64,000 nucleotides of DNA from Eledone cirrhosa (lineage: Eukaryota): positions 61,876,001-61,940,000 of the forward strand of contig OZ024743.1 of NCBI GenBank assembly GCA_964016885.1, given 5' to 3'. Both the position numbers and the translations under genes were made by a program. The first letter of the stretch is position 1, and every line of letters begins with the position of its first letter. Below the pieces are notes generated by a model. The model was given only the letters and a program-made list of their open reading frames with translations. It made no database searches and was not told the origin of the DNA. Positions 32,401 to 48,200 of this stretch are shown piece after piece.

Positions 32401-35400
32401 ATATATAGACATCACGTCTAGTATATATAGTCACCACATCTAGTATATATAGACACCACATCTAGTATATATAGACACCACGTCTAGTATATATAGACAC
32501 CACATCTAGTATATATAGACACCACATCTAGTATATATAGGCACCACATCTAGTATATATATAGGCACCACGTCTAGTATATATAGACACCACGTCTATT
32601 ATATATAGACACCACGTCTAGTCATATATAGACACCACGTCAAGTTATATATAGACACCACATCTAGTGATAGATAGACACCACGTCTAGTATATATAGA
32701 CACCACGTCTAGTCATATATAGACACCACGTCTAGTATATATAGACACCACGTCTAGTATATATAGACACCACATCTAGTCATATATAGACACCACGTCT
32801 AGTATATATAGACACCACGTCTAGTATATATAGACACCACGTCTAGTATATATAGACACCACATCTAGTATATATAGACACCACATCTAGTATATATAGA
32901 CACCACGTCAAGTCATATATAGACACCACGTCTAGTATATATAGACACCACGTCTAGTCATATATAGACACCACGTCTAGTATATATAGAGACAACGTCT
33001 AGTATATATAGACACCACATCTAGTATATATAGACACCGCGTCTAGTATATATAGACACCACGTCTAGTATATATAGACACCACATCTAGTCATATATAG
33101 GCACCACATCTAGTATATATAGACACCACGTCTAGTCATATATAGACACCACGTCTAGTCATATATAGGCACCACATCTAGTATATATAGACACCACATC
33201 TAGTCATATATAGACACCACGTCTAGTTATATATAGACACCACATCTTGTATATATAGACACCACGTCTAGTATATATAGACACCACATCTAGTCATATA
33301 TAGACACCACATCTAGTCATATATAGACACCACGTCTAGTATATATAGACACCACGTCTAGTATATATAGACACCACGTCTAGTCATATATAGACACCAC
33401 GTCTAGTATATATATAGACACCACATCTAGTATATATAGACACCACATCTAGTCATATATAGGCACCACGTCTAGTTATATATAGACACCACATCTAGTT
33501 ATATAGACACCACATCTAGTTATATATAGGCACCACGTCTTGTTATAAATAGACACCACATCTAGTCATATATAGGCACCACGTCTAGTATATATAGACA
33601 CCACGTCTAGTATATATAGACACCACGTCTAGTATATATAGACACCACGTCTAGTATATATAGACACCACATCTAGTATACATAGATACCACATCTAGTT
33701 ATATATAAACACCACGTCTAGTATATATAGACACCACGTCTAGTATATATAGACACCACATCTAGTATATATAGACACCACATCTAGAAATATATAGACA
33801 CCACGTCTAGTATATATAGACACCACTTCTAGTATATATATAGACACCACGTCTAGTATATATAGACACCATGTCTAGTCATATATAGACACCACGTCTA
33901 GTATATATAGACACGTCTTCTAGTTATATATAGACACCACATCTACTATATAAAGACACCACATCTAGTATATATAGACACCACGTCTAGTTTTTATAGA
34001 CACCACGTCTAGTTATATATAGACACCACATCTAGTATATATAGACACCACATCTAGTATATATAGACACCACGTCTAGTCATATATAGACACCATATCT
34101 AGTATATATAGACACCACGTCTAGTATATATAAACAGCACATCTAGTCATATATAGACACCACATCTAGTATATATAGACACCACGTCTAGTATATATAG
34201 ACACCACATCGTGTATATATAGACACCACATCTAGTATATATATAGACACCACGTCTAGTACATATAGACACCACGTCTAGTATATATAGACACCACATC
34301 TAGTTATACATAGACACCACGTCTAGTATATATAGACACCACATCTAGTTATACATAGACACCACGTCTAGTATATATAGACACCATATCTAGTATATAT
34401 AGACACCACGTCTAGTATATATAGACACCACATCTAGTCATATATAGTCACCAAGTTTAGTATATATAGACACCACGTCTAGTTATACATAGACACCACG
34501 TCTAGTATATATAGACACCACGTCTAGTATATATATAGTCACCATGTCTAGTCATATATAGACACCACGTCTAGTATATATAGACACCATATCTAGTATA
34601 TATAGTCACCACATCTAGTATATATAGACACCACATCTAGTATATATAGACACCACATCTAGTATATATAGACACCACGTCTAGTACATATAGACACCAC
34701 ATCTAGTATATATAGACACCACATCTAGTATATATAGGCACCACATCTAGTATATATATAGGCACCACATCTAGTATATATAGACACCACGTCTAGTATA
34801 TATAGACACTACGTCTAGTATATATAGACACCACGTCTAGTCATATATAGACACCACGTCAAGTTAAATATAGACACGACATCTAGTGATAGATAGACAC
34901 CACGTCTAGTATATATAGACACCACGTCTAGTCATATATAGACACCACGTCTAGTATATATAGACACCACGTCTAGTATATATAGACACCACATCTAGTC
35001 ATATATAGACACCATGTCTAGTATATATAGACACCACATCTAGTATTTATAGACACCACGTCTAGTATATATAGACATCAAATCTAGTATATATAGTCAC
35101 CACATCTAGTATATATAGACACCACGTCTAGTCATATATAGACACCACGTCTAGTATATATAGACACCACGTCTAGTATTTATAGACACCACGTCTAGTA
35201 TATATAGACATCACGTCTAGTATATATAGTCACCACATCTAGTATATATAGACACCACATCTAGTATATATAGACACCACGTCTAGTATATATAGACACC
35301 ACATCTAGTATATATAGACACCACATCTAGTATATATAGGCACCACATCTAGTATATATATAGGCACCACGTCTAGTATATATAGACACCACGTCTATTA

Positions 35401-38400
35401 TATATAGACACCACGTCTAGTCATATATAGACACCACGTCAAGTTATATATAGACACCACATCTAGTGATAGACACCACGTCTAGTATATATAGACACCA
35501 CGTCTAGTCATATATAGACACCACGTCTAGTATATATAGACACCACGTCTAGTATATATAGACACCACATCTAGTCATATATAGACACCACGTCTAGTAT
35601 ATATAGACACCACGTCTAGTATATATAGACACCACGTCTAGTATATATAGACACCACATCTAGTATATATAGACACCACATCTAGTATATATAGACACCA
35701 CGTCTAGTCATATATAGACACCACGTCTAGTATATATAGACACCACGTCTAGTCATATATAGACACCACGTCTAGTATATATAGAGACAACGTCTAGTAT
35801 ATATAGACACCACATCTAGTATATATAGACACCGCGTCTAGTATATATAGACACCACGTCTAGTATATATAGACACCACATCTAGTCATATATAGGCACC
35901 ACATCTAGTATATATAGACACCACGTCTAGTCATATATAGACACCACGTCTAGTCATATATAGGCACCACATCTAGTATATATAGACACCACATCTAGTC
36001 ATATATAGACACCACGTCTAGTTATATATAGACACCACATCTTGTATATATAGACACCACGTCTAGTATATATAGACACCACATCTAGTCATATATAGAC
36101 ACCACGTCTAGTATATATATAGACACCACATCTAGTATATATAGACACCACATCTAGTCATATATAGGCACCACGTCTAGTTATATATAGACACCACATC
36201 TAGTTATATAGACACCACATCTAGTTATATATAGGCACCACGTCTTGTTATAAATAGACACCACATCTAGTCATATATAGGCACCACGTCTAGTATATAT
36301 AGACACCACGTCTAGTATATATAGACACCACGTCTAGTATATATAGACACCACGTCTAGTATATATAGACACCACATCTAGTATACATAGATACCACATC
36401 TAGTTATATATAAACACCACGTCTAGTATATATAGACACCACGTCTAGTATATATAGACACCACATCTAGTATATATAGACACCACATCTAGAAATATAT
36501 AGACACCACGTCTAGTATATATAGACACCACTTCTAGTATATATATAGACACCACGTCTAGTATATATAGACACCATGTCTAGTCATATATAGACACCAC
36601 ATCTAGTATATATAGACACGTCTTCTAGTTATATATAGACACCACATCTACTATATAAAGACACCACATCTAGTATATATAGACACCACGTCTAGTTTAT
36701 ATAGACACCACGTCTAGTTATATATAGACACCACATCTAGTATATATAGACACCACATCTAGTATATATAGACACCACGTCTAGTCATATATAGACACCA
36801 TATCTAGTATATATAGACACCACGTCTAGTATATATAAACAGCACATCTAGTCATATATAGACACCACATCTAGTATATATAGACACCACGTCTAGTATA
36901 TATAGACACCACATCGTGTATATATAGACACCACATCTAGTATATATATAGACACCACGTCTAGTACATATAGACACCACGTCTAGTATATATAGACACC
37001 ACATCTAGTTATACATAGACACCACGTCTAGTATATATAGACACCACATCTAGTTATACATAGACACCACGTCTAGTATATATAGACACCATATCTAGTA
37101 TATATAGACACCACGTCTAGTATATATAGACACCACATCTAGTCATATATAGTCACCAAGTTTAGTATATATAGACACCACGTCTAGTTATACATAGACA
37201 CCACGTCTAGTATATATAGACACCACGTCTAGTATATATATAGTCACCATGTCTAGTCATATATAGACACCACGTCTAGTATATATAGACACCATATCTA
37301 GTATATATAGACACCACGTCTAGTATATATAAACAGCACATCTAGTCATATATAGACACCACATCTAGTATATATAGACACCACGTCTAGTATATATAGA
37401 CACCACATCGTGTATATATAGTCACCACATCTAGTATATATATAGACACCACGTCTAGTACATATAGACACCACGTCTAGTATATATAGACACCACATCT
37501 AGTATATATAGACACCAAGTCTAGTATATATAGACACCACGTCTAGTTATACATAGACACCACGTCTAGTATATATAGACACCACGTCTAGTATATATAG
37601 ACACCACATCTAGTATATATAGACACCATATCTAGTATATATATAGACACCACGTCTAGTATATATATAGTCACCACGTCTAGTCATATATAGACACCAC
37701 ATCTAGTCATATATCGACACCACATCTAGTATATATATAGACACCACGTCTAGTATATATATAGTCACCATGTCTAGTCATATATAGACACCACGTCTAG
37801 TATATATAGACTCCATATCTAGTTATATATAGACACCATGTCTAGTATATATAGACACCACATCTAGTATATATAGATATCACATCTAGTCATATATAGA
37901 CACCACATCTAGTCATATATAAACACCACGTCTAGTATATATATAGACACCACATCTAGTATATATAGACACCACATCTAGTATATATAGACACCACATC
38001 TAGTCATATATAGGCACCACGTCTAGTTATATATAGACACCACATCTAGTTATATATAGGCACCACGTCTAGTTATATATAGACACCACATCTAGTCATA
38101 TATAGGCACCACGTCTAGTATATATAGACACCATGTCTAGTTATATATAGACACCACCTCTAGTTATGTATAGACACCACTTCTAGTTATGTATAGACAC
38201 GACGCCTAGTAATATATAGACACCACGTCTAGTTATATATAGACACCACATCTAGTAACATATAGGCACCAGGTCTAGTTATATATAGACACCACATCTA
38301 GTCATATATAGGCACCAGGTCTAGTTATATATAGACACCACATCTAGTCATATATAGACACCACATCTAGTCATATATAGACACCACGTCTAGTATATAT

Positions 38401-41400
38401 AGACACCACATCTAGTCATATATAGACACCACGTCTAGTATATATAGACACCACGTCTAGTATATATAGACACCACGTCTAGTATATATAGACACCACAT
38501 GTAGATTATATAGACACCAAATCTAGTATATATAGACACAACGTCTAGTATATATAGACACCCCATCTAGTCATATATAGACACCACATCTAGTCATATA
38601 TAGACACCACGTCTAGTATATATAGACACCACATCTAATCATATATAGACACCACGTCTAGTATATATAGACACCACGGCTAGTTTATATAGACACCACA
38701 TCTAATCATATATAGACACCACATCTAGTCATATATAGACACCATGTCTAGTATATATAGACATCAAATCTAGTATATATAGTCACCACATCTAGTATAT
38801 ATAGACACCACATCTAGTTATATATAGACACCACATCCATTCATATATAGGCACCACATCTAGTTATATATAGGCACCAGGTCTAGTATATATAGACACC
38901 TTATCTAGTATATATAGACACCACATCTAGTATATATAGACACCACGTCTAGTATATATAGACACCACATCTAGTATTTATAGACACCACGTCTAGTATA
39001 TATAGATATCACGTCTAGTACATATAGTCACCACATCTAGTATATATAGACACCACATCTAGTATATATAGACACCACATCTAGTATATATAGACACCAC
39101 GTTTAGTATATATAGACACCACATCTAGTATATATAGACACCACATCTAGTATATATAGGCACCACATCTAGTATATATATAGGCACCACATCTAGTATA
39201 TATAGACACCACGTCTAGTATATATAGACACTACGTCTAGTATATATAGACACCACGTCTAGTCATATATAGACACCACGTCAAGTTATATATAGACACC
39301 ACATCTAGTGATAGATAGACACCACGTCTAGTATATATAGACACCACGTCTAGTATATATTGACACCACGTCTAGTCATATATAGGCACCACGTCTAGTA
39401 TATATAGACACCACGTCTAGTATATATAGACACCACATCTAGTATATATAGACACCACGTCTAGTCATATATAGACACCACGTCTAGTCATATATAGACA
39501 CCACGTCTAGTATATATTGAGACAATGTCTAGTATATATAGACACCACATCTAGTATATATAGACAACACGTCTAGTATATATAGACACCACGTCTCGTA
39601 TATATAGACACAACATCTAGTCATATATAGGCACCACATCTAGTATATATAGACACCACGTCCAGTCATATATAGACACCACGTCTAGTCATATATAGGC
39701 ACCACATCTAGTCATATATAGGCACCACATCTAGTATATATAGACACCACGTCTAGTCATATATAGACACCACGTCTAGTATATATATAGACACCACATC
39801 TAGTATATATAGACACCACTTCTAGTCATATATAGGCACCACGTCTAGTTATATATAGACACCACATCTAGTTATATAGACAGCACATCTAGTTATATAT
39901 AGGCACCACGTCTTGTTATATATAGACACCACATCTAGTCATATATAGGCACCACGTCTAGTCATATATAGACACCACGTCTAGTATATATAGACACCAC
40001 GTCTAGTTATATAAAGACACCACGTCTAGTTATGTATAGACACCACTTCTAGTTATCTATAGACACCACGTCTAGTTATATATAGACACCACGTCTAGTA
40101 TATATAGACACCACGTCTAGTATATATAGACACCACATCTAGTCATATATAGACACCACGTCAAGTATATATAGACACCACGTCTAGTATATATAGACAC
40201 CACGTCTAGTATATATAGACACCACGTCTAGTATATATAGACACCACGTCTAGTATATATAGACACCACATCTAGTATATATAGATACCACATCTAGTTA
40301 TATATAAACACCACGTCTAGTATATATAGACGCCACATCTAGTTATATATAGACACCAGGTCTAGTATATATAGACACCACATCTAGTATATATAGATAC
40401 CACATCTAGTTATATATAAACACCACGTCTAGTATATATAGACGCCACATCTAGTTATATATAGACACCAGGTCTAGTATATATAGACACCACGTCTAGT
40501 ATATATAGACACCACGTCTAGTATATATATAGACACCACGTCTACTATATATAGACACCACGTCTAGTATATATAGACACCACGTCTCGTATATATATAG
40601 ACACCACGTCTAGTATATATAGATACGACATCTAGTTATATATAGACACCACATCTAGTATATATAGACACCACGTCTAGTTTATATAGACACCACGTCT
40701 AGTTATATATAGACACAACGTTTAATATCTATAGACACCACGTCTAGTCATATATAGACACCACATCTAGTATATATATAGACACCACATCTAGTATATA
40801 TAGACACCACGTCTAGTCATATATAGACACCACATCTAGTATATATATAGACACCACATCTAGTCATATATAGACACCATATCTAGTTATATATAGACAC
40901 CACATCTAGTATATATAAACAGCACATCTAGTCATATATAGACACCACATCTAGTATATATAGACACCACGTCTAGTATATATAGACACCACATCGTGTA
41001 TATATAGTCACCACATCTAGTATATATATTGACACCACGTCTAGTATATATAGACACCACGTCTAGTATATATAGACACCACATCTAGTATATATAGACA
41101 CCAAGTCTAGTATATATAGACACCACGTCTAGTTATATATAGACACCACGTCTAGTATATATAGACACCACATCTAGTATATATAGACACCACATCTAGT
41201 ATATATAATCACCACATCTAGTCATATATCGACACCACATCTAGTATATATAGACACTACGTCTAGTATATATATAGTCACCACGTCTAGTCATATATAG
41301 ACACCACGTCTAGTTATATATAGACACCACGTCTAGTTATATATAGACACCACGTCTAGTTATATATAGACACCACATCTAGTCATATATAGGCACCAGG

Positions 41401-44400
41401 TCTAGTTATATATAGACACCACATCTAGTCATATATAGACACCACATCTAGTCATATATAGACACCACGTCTAGTAGATTTTGACACCACGTCTAGTATA
41501 TATATACACCATATCTAGTTATATATAGGCACCAGGTCTAGTATATATAGACACCACATGTAGTTTATATAGACACCAAATCTAGTATATATAGACACAA
41601 CGTCTAGTATATATAGACACCACATCTAGTCATATATAGACACCACGTCTAGTATATATAGACACCACATCTAGTCATATATAGACACCAGGTCTAGTAT
41701 ATATAGACACCACATCTAGTATATATAGACAACACGTCTAGTATATATAGACACCACATCTAGTATATATAGACACCTCATCTAGTATATATAGGCACCA
41801 CATCTAGTATATATATAGGCACCACATCTAGTATATATAGACACCACGTCTAGTATATATAGACACCATGTCTAGTATATATAGACACCACATCTTGTAT
41901 ATATAGACACCACGTCTAGTCATATATAGACACCACGTCTAGTATATATATAGACACCACGTCTAGTATATATAGACACCGCGTCTAGTATATATAGCCA
42001 CCACATCTAGTATATATAGACACCACGTCTAGTATATATAGACACCACATCTAGTATATATAGACACCACATCTAGTATATATAGACACCACGTCTAGTA
42101 TATATAGACACCACGTCTAGTATATATATAGACACCACGTCTAGTATATATAGACACCGCGTCTAGTATATATAGCCACCACATCTAGTATATATAGACA
42201 CCACGTCTAGTATATATAGACACCACATCTAGTATATATAGACACCACGTCCAGTCATATATAGACACCACGTCTAGTCATATATAGGCACCACATCTAG
42301 TATATATAGACACCACATCTAGTCATATATAGACACCACATCTAGTCATATATAGACACCACGTCTAGTTATATATAGACACCACGTCTAGTATATATAG
42401 ACGCCACATCTAGTCATATATAGACACCACGTCTAGTATATATAGACACCACGTCTAGTATATATAGACACCACGTCTAGTATATATAGACACCACGTCT
42501 AGTATATATAGACACCACATCTAGTCATATATAGGCACCACATCTAGTATATATAGACACCACGTCTAGTCATATATAGACACCACGTCTAGTATATATA
42601 TAGAGACCACATCTAGTATATATAGACACCACTTCTAGTCATATATAGGCACCACGTCTAGTTATATATAGACACCACATCTAGTTATATAGACACCACA
42701 TCTAGTTATATATAGGCACCACGTCTTGTTATATATAGACACCACATCTAGTCATATATAGGCACCACGTCTAGTATATATAGACACCACGTCTAGTTAT
42801 ATAAAGACACCACGTCTAGTTATGTATAGACACCACTTCTAGTTATATATAGACACCACGTCTAGTTATATATAGACACCACATCTAGTCACATATAGGC
42901 ACCAGGTCTAGTTATGTATAGACACCACATCTAGTCATATATAGGCACCAGGTCTAGTTATATATAGGCACCAGGTCTAGTTATATATAGACACCACATC
43001 TAGTCATATATAGACACCACATCTAGTAATATATAGACACCACGTCTAGTATATTTTGACACCACGTCTAGTATATATATACACCACATCTAGTCATATA
43101 TAGACACCACGTCTAGTATATATAGACACCACATGTAGTTTATATAGACACCAAATCTAGTTACATATAGACACCACATCTAGTATATATATAGACACCA
43201 CGTCTAGTCATATATAGACACCACGTCTTGTATATATAGTCACCACATCTAGTATATATAGACACCACATCTAGTATATATAGACACCACATCTAGTATA
43301 TATAAGCACCACATCTAGTATATATATAGGCACCACATCTAGTATATTTAGACACCACGTCTAGTATATATAGACACCACGTCTAGTCATATATAGACAC
43401 CACGTCAAGTTATATATAGACACCACATCTAGTGATAGATAGACACCACGTCTAGTATATATAGACACCACGTCTAGTCATATATAGACACCACGTCTAG
43501 TATATATAGAAACCACGTCTAGTATATATAGAAACCACGTCTAGTCATATATGGACACCACGTCTAGTATATATAGACACCACATCTAGTCATATATAGA
43601 CACCACATCTAGTCATATATAGACACCACGTCTAGTATTTATAGACACCACGTCTAGTCATATATAGACACCACGACTAGTATATATAGAGACAACGTCT
43701 AGTATATATAGACACCACATCTAGTATATATAGACACCACGTCTAGTATATATAGACACCACGTCTAGTATATATAGACACCACATCTAGTCATATATAG
43801 GCACCACATCTAGTATATATAGACACCACGTCTAGTCATATATAGGCACCACGTCTAGTCATATATAGGCACCACATCTAGTATATATAGACACCACATC
43901 TAGTCATATATAGACACCACGTCTAGTATATATATAGTCACCACGTCTAGTCATATATAGACACCACGTCTAGTATATATAGACACCACATCTAGTCATA
44001 TATAGACACCACGTCTAGTATATATAGACACCACGTCTAGTATATATAGACACCACGTCTAGTATATATAGACACCACATCTAGTCATATATCGACACCA
44101 CATCTAGTATATATAGACACCACGTTTAGTATATATATAGTCACCACGTCTAGTCATATATAGACACCACGTCTAGTATATATAGACACCACATCTAGTT
44201 ATATATAGACACCACGTCAAGTATATATAGACACCACATCTAGTATATATAGACACCATATCTAGTTATATATAGACACCACATCTAGTTATATATAGAC
44301 ACCACGTCAAGTATATATAGACACCACATCTAGTATATATAGACATCATATCTAGTCATATATAGACACCCCATCTAGTCATATATAGACACCACGTCTA

Positions 44401-45295
44401 GTATATATATAGACACCACATCTAGTATATATAGACACCACGTCTAGTATATATAGACACCACATCTAGTATATATAGACACCACATCTAGTATATATAA
44501 GCACCACATCTAGTATATATATAGGCACCACATCTAGTATATTTAGACACCACGTCTAGTATATATAGACACCACATCTAGTATATATAGACACCACGTC
44601 TAGTCATATATAGACACCACGTCAAGTTATATATAGACACCACATCTAGTGATAGATAGACACCACGTCTAGTATATATAGACACCACGTCTAGTCATAT
44701 ATAGACACCACGTCTAGTATATATAGAAACCACGTCTAGTCATATATAGACACCACGTCTAGTATATATAGACACCACATCTAGTCATATATAGACACCA
44801 CATCTAGTCATATATAGACACCACGTCTAGTATTTATAGACACCACGTCTAGTCATATATAGACACCACGTCTAGTATATATAGAGACAACGTCTAGTAT
44901 ATATAGACACCACATCTACTATATATAGACACCACGTCTAGTATATATAGACACCACGTCTAGTATATATAGACACCACATCTAGTCATATATAGGCACC
45001 ACATCTAGTATATATAGACACCACGTCTAGTCATATATAGACACCACGTCTAGTCATATATAGGCACCACATCTAGTATATATAGACACCACATCTAGTC
45101 ATATATAGACACCACGTCTAGTATATATATAGTCACCACGTCTAGTCATATATAGACACCACGTCTAGTATATATAGACACCACATCTAGTCATATATAG
45201 ACACCACGTCTAGTATATATAGACACCACGTCTAGTATATATAGACACCAAGTCTAGTATATATAGACACCACATCTAGTCATATATCGACACCA
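29410..45295 (+). repeat. Copy B of the 16-20 kb segmental duplication
   Basis: Same collinear markers as copy A. The offset steps from 20380 to about 17300-17650 and then about 16330-16420, because copy A contains extra internal duplications. Confidence 0.88.
31800..37290 (+). repeat. About 2.7-2.8 kb tandem block duplication (counterpart in copy A at about 14470-20880)
   Basis: ttaaatatag 32065/34864, gagacaac 32989/35784, gtcttctag 33916/36620. Confidence 0.8.
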
Positions 45296-48200
45296 CATCT
45301 AGTATATATAGACACCACGTTTAGTATATATATAGTCACCACGTCTAGTCATATATAGACACCACGTCTAGTATATATAGACACCACATCTAGTTATATA
45401 TAGACACCACGTCAAGTATATATAGACACCACATCTAGTATATATGGACACCATATCTAGTTATATATAGACACCACATCTAGTTATATATAGACACCAC
45501 GTCAAGTATATATAGACACCACATCTAGTATATATAGACATCACATTTAGTCATATATAGACACCCCATCTAGTCATATATAGACACCACGTCTAGTATA
45601 TATATAGACACCACATCTAGTATATATAGACACCACATCTAGTATATATAGACACCACATCTAGTCATATATAGGCACCACGTCTAGTCATATATAGACA
45701 CCACGTCTAGTATATATATAGACACCACGTCTAGTATATATATAGACACCACATCTAGTAAATATAGACACCACATCTAGTAAATATAGACACCACATCT
45801 AGTATATATAGACACCACATCTAGTCATATATAGGCACCACGTCTAGTTACATATAGACACCACATCTAGTCATATATAGGCACCACGTCTAGTATATAT
45901 AGACACCACGTCAAGCTATATATAGACACCACGTCTAGTTATGTATAGACACCACTTCTAGTTATATATAGACACCACGTCTAGTTATATATAGACACCA
46001 CGCCTAGTTATATATAGACACCACGTCTAGTTATATATAGACACCACATCTAGTCACATATAGGCACCAGGTCTAGTTATATATAGACACCACATCTAGT
46101 CATATATAGACACCACGTCTAGTATATATAGGCACCACGTCTAGTCATATATAGGCACCACGTCTAGTCATATATAGACATCACATCTAGTCATATATAG
46201 ACACCACATCTAATCATATATAGACACCACATCTAGTCATATATAGACACCACGTCTTGTATATATAGACACCACATCTAGTCATATATAGACACCACGT
46301 CTAGTATATATAGACACCACATGTAGTTTATATAGACACCAATTCTAGTATATATAGACACCACGTCTAGTATATATAGACACCACATCTACTCATATAT
46401 AGACACCATATCTAGTCATATATAGACACCACGTCTAGTCATATATAGGCACCACGTCTAGTCATATATAGACACCACGTCTAGTCATATATAGACACCA
46501 CGTCTAGTCATATATAGACACCACGTCTAGTTATATATAGGCACCACGTCTAGTCATATATACACACCACGTCTAGTATATATAGACACTACATCTAGTA
46601 ATATATAGACACCACATCTAGTATATATAGACACCACATCTAGTATATATAGACACCACGTCTAGTATATATAGACAGCACATCTAGTATATATAAACAC
46701 CACATTTAGTCATATATAGACACCACATCTAGTCATATATAGACACCACATCTAGTATATATAGACACCACATCTAGTCCTATATAGACACCACATCTAG
46801 TTATATATAGACACCACGTCTAGTCATATATAGACACCACGTCTAGTATATATAGAGACCACGTCTAGTCATATATAGACACCACATCTAGTCATATATA
46901 GACACCACATCTAGTCATATATAGACACCACGTCTAGTTATATATAGACACCACATCTAGTATATATAGACACCACGTCTAGTATATGTAGACACCACAT
47001 CTAGTCATATATAGACACCACATCTAGTTATATATAGACACCACGTCTAGTCATATATAGACACCACATCTAGTATATATAGACACCACATCTAGTATAT
47101 ATAGACACCACATCTAGTATATATAGATACCACATTTAGTCATATGTAGACACCACATCTAGTTATATATAGACACCACGTCTAGTATATATAGACACCA
47201 CATTTAGTTATATATAGACACCACGTCTAGTCATATATATAGACACCACATCTAGTCATATATAGACACTACGTCTAGTTATATATAGACACCACATCTA
47301 GTTATATATAGACACCACATCTAGTTATATATAGACACCACATCTAGTCATATATAGACACCACATCTAGTATATATAGACACCACCTCTAGTCATATAT
47401 AGACACCACATCTAGTCATATATAGACACCACATCTAGTCATATATAGACACCACATCTAGTCATATATAGACACCACATCTAGTTATATATAGACACCA
47501 CATCTAGTTATATATAGACACCACATCTAGTCATATTTAGACACCACATCTAGTCATATTTAGACACCACATCTAGTCATATATAGACACCACATCTAGT
47601 CATATATAGACACCACATCTAGTTATATATAGACACCACATCTAGTATATATAGACACCACCTCTAGTCATATATAGACACCACATCTAGTCATATATAG
47701 ACACCACATCTAGTTATATATAGACACCACATCTAGTTATATATAGACACCACATCTAGTCATATTTAGACACCACATCTAGTCATATATAGACACCACA
47801 TCTAGTCATATATAGACACCACATCTAGTATATATAGACACCACGTCTAGTATATATAGACACCACATCTACTCATATATCGACACCACATCTAGTATAT
47901 ATAGACACCACGTTTAGTATATATATAGTCACCACGTCTAGTCATATATAGACACCACGTCTAGTATATATAGACACCACATCTAGTTATATATAGACAC
48001 CACGTCAAGTATATATAGACACCACATCTAGTATATATGGACACCATATCTAGTTATATATAGACACCACATCTAGTTATATATAGACACCACGTCAAGT
48101 ATATATAGACACCACATCTAGTATATATAGACATCACATTTAGTCATATATAGACACCCCATCTAGTCATATATAGACACCACGTCTAGTATATATATAG

